NCBI GenBank assembly: GCA_051599415.1
Contig: AP039700.1
Span: 186,001-250,000 of the forward strand
DNA: 64,000 nt
Direction: 5' to 3'
Origin: Savitreella phatthalungensis
Lineage: Eukaryota
Shown: in pieces, positions 62,637 through 64,000 of the stretch
How the letters are laid out: the number at the start of each line of letters is the position of its first letter
Position numbering within the stretch: the stretch's first letter is position 1
Translations under genes and position numbers: made by a program
Notes under the pieces: model-generated
Told to the model about the DNA's origin: nothing
The model's input: the letters and a program-made list of their open reading frames with translations, nothing else
Database searches by the model: none

Positions 62637-63968
62637 ATGACCAAGAGCTTCAGCCTGATGGGTGAGGACAAGAGGTCGTCAAAGACTGTGCTAGCGGTCA
62701 ATGCCGGTAGCTCATCTGTGAAAGCTAGCGTGTTCCGGTGTGCACTGGGAGATGCGGACCCTGAACTCTTGGGAGAATGCTCGGTGTCCGGGTTGACATC
62801 GTCTCCGACGACGCTGACACTGAAGCTGGCAGATGGTACAAGTCCTCACGACGGCGAAGAACTGGATGGAGTGTCCTCGCAGGAGGACGCGTTCTCGAAG
62901 ATTCTGGATGCCTTGGTGGGGTGCGAGGGACTGTCGTCTGTGAGTGGTGCGGAGTCTGTGGATGTTGTGGTGCACCGGGTGGTACACGGTGGTGACTACA
63001 CGGGCGTCGAGCGCGTCGACAAGTCTACGCTGGCGACGCTTGAGAGGCTATCGAGTCTAGCCCCGCTGCACAACGGTCCTGCGCTGTCGATCGTCAAGGC
63101 GTGCCACACCAATCTGCTCCCACACGCTTCCAACCTCGCCTGCTTCGACACCGCCTTCCACAGAACCATTCCTCCTGCCGTCACGACGTACGCGATTGAT
63201 CGGCAGGTATCTGATCGGCTCAAGCTCCGCAAGTACGGCTTCCATGGGATTTCATATGCATTCATCACCTCTGCTGTTGCGGCGCACTTGGGAAAACCGC
63301 AGGCGGAGGTGAACCTGATCGCGCTACATTTGGGGTCTGGTGCTAGCGCTTGTGTGGTGCGGGCTGGCGAGTCGGTCGATACGACGATGGGGCTGACGCC
63401 GCTTTCCGGGCTGCCAGGGGCGACGCGATCTGGGGATGTGGATCCTGCGCTCGTGTTCCATTACGCTGCGGCCGACGATATCGCAGAGCAGACAGATGCA
63501 CAGGAAGGGCTACATATCACGAAAGCGGAGCAGCTGCTCAATAAAGAAGCAGGCTGGAAAGCGATGACAGGGACATCCGACTTCGGGAAGATTGTGACCG
63601 CTGCAACGGAAGGCGATGACAAACTAGATTCTAAAGCGTGTCAACTTGTGGTCGATATGATGGTTGATAGACTGGCCAAGGTGATCGGTGGGTACTTTGT
63701 GGCTTTAGAGGGCAAGGTGGACGCTCTGGTATTCGCTGGCGGGATTGGCGAGAAGTCTGGGTACTTGAGGTCAAAGGTGGTTGACCGAGTCAGATGTCTC
63801 GGATTCTCAGCAATAAACCCTGACACTGGCGATGGACACAGAGACGATGATCGAGTGGTCAAGACATTAGCAGATCGCATTTTATTAGTGCGTACAGACG
63901 AGCAACTCCAGATGGCTCGAGAGATCTTGCCACTGCTACGCAGCGGTGGAAAGCACGACAAGCAATAG
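62637..63968 (+). CDS. ACK: Acetate kinase
   Basis: AVNAGSSSVK, HRVVHGG, LAPLHN, FDTAFH, RKYGFHGISY, HLGSGAS, DTTMGLTPLSGL, TRSGDVDP, FAGGIGE, TDEQ; the start may instead be ATG 62658. Confidence 0.95.
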   Translation: MTKSFSLMGEDKRSSKTVLAVNAGSSSVKASVFRCALGDADPELLGECSVSGLTSSPTTLTLKLADGTSPHDGEELDGVSSQEDAFSKILDALVGCEGLSSVSGAESVDVVVHRVVHGGDYTGVERVDKSTLATLERLSSLAPLHNGPALSIVKACHTNLLPHASNLACFDTAFHRTIPPAVTTYAIDRQVSDRLKLRKYGFHGISYAFITSAVAAHLGKPQAEVNLIALHLGSGASACVVRAGESVDTTMGLTPLSGLPGATRSGDVDPALVFHYAAADDIAEQTDAQEGLHITKAEQLLNKEAGWKAMTGTSDFGKIVTAATEGDDKLDSKACQLVVDMMVDRLAKVIGGYFVALEGKVDALVFAGGIGEKSGYLRSKVVDRVRCLGFSAINPDTGDGHRDDDRVVKTLADRILLVRTDEQLQMAREILPLLRSGGKHDKQ

Positions 63969-64000
63969 TGTTTGCAAGATAGACGATCAACGGGTCGTGA

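Noticed and set aside
34776..63968. Aldolase II, 6-phosphogluconolactonase, XFP and ACK as one pentose-metabolism cluster
   Set aside because: Separated by over 20 kb of unrelated housekeeping genes; only XFP-ACK are adjacent

Overview
Gene-dense, intron-poor fungal nuclear DNA. It is most likely a Taphrinomycotina ascomycete of the Taphrina/Protomyces/Savitreella type; this is inferred from gene content, near-absence of introns and short ~60-75 nt GT-AG introns with CTGAC branch points. About 27 protein genes are supportable. Recognisable ones: DPH4-like J/CSL protein, EXO1, a SIRT4-class sirtuin, GPC1, a tandem ABM protein, CWC22, a secreted DUF1996+4xWSC protein, CDH1/Ste9, TRM112 (3 exons, only partly in the ORF track), UsgS/EI24-like, DUF3712, RPS20, class II aldolase, Tho1-like SAP protein, 6-phosphogluconolactonase, a Na/K-ATPase-like (ACU-type) P-type ATPase, DHH1, PHO85 (3 exons), a Gbp2-like RRM protein, an ABC-F ATPase, mitochondrial ClpP and a head-to-head phosphoketolase/acetate kinase pair. 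A >=785-aa minus-strand ORF running off the left edge is absent from the ORF track and carries kinetochore-like motifs. I could not support any tRNA, rRNA, CRISPR array or transposon. The most notable items are the XFP-ACK divergent pair, the candidate CENP-T/CENP-C-like protein, the ~3-fold expanded Dph4, the ABC-F with ABCF2 core and ABCF1-like N-terminus, the ACU-type pump, and several multi-kb ORF-free gaps, one with a hairpin cluster. I found no clearly new biological system; these are leads.
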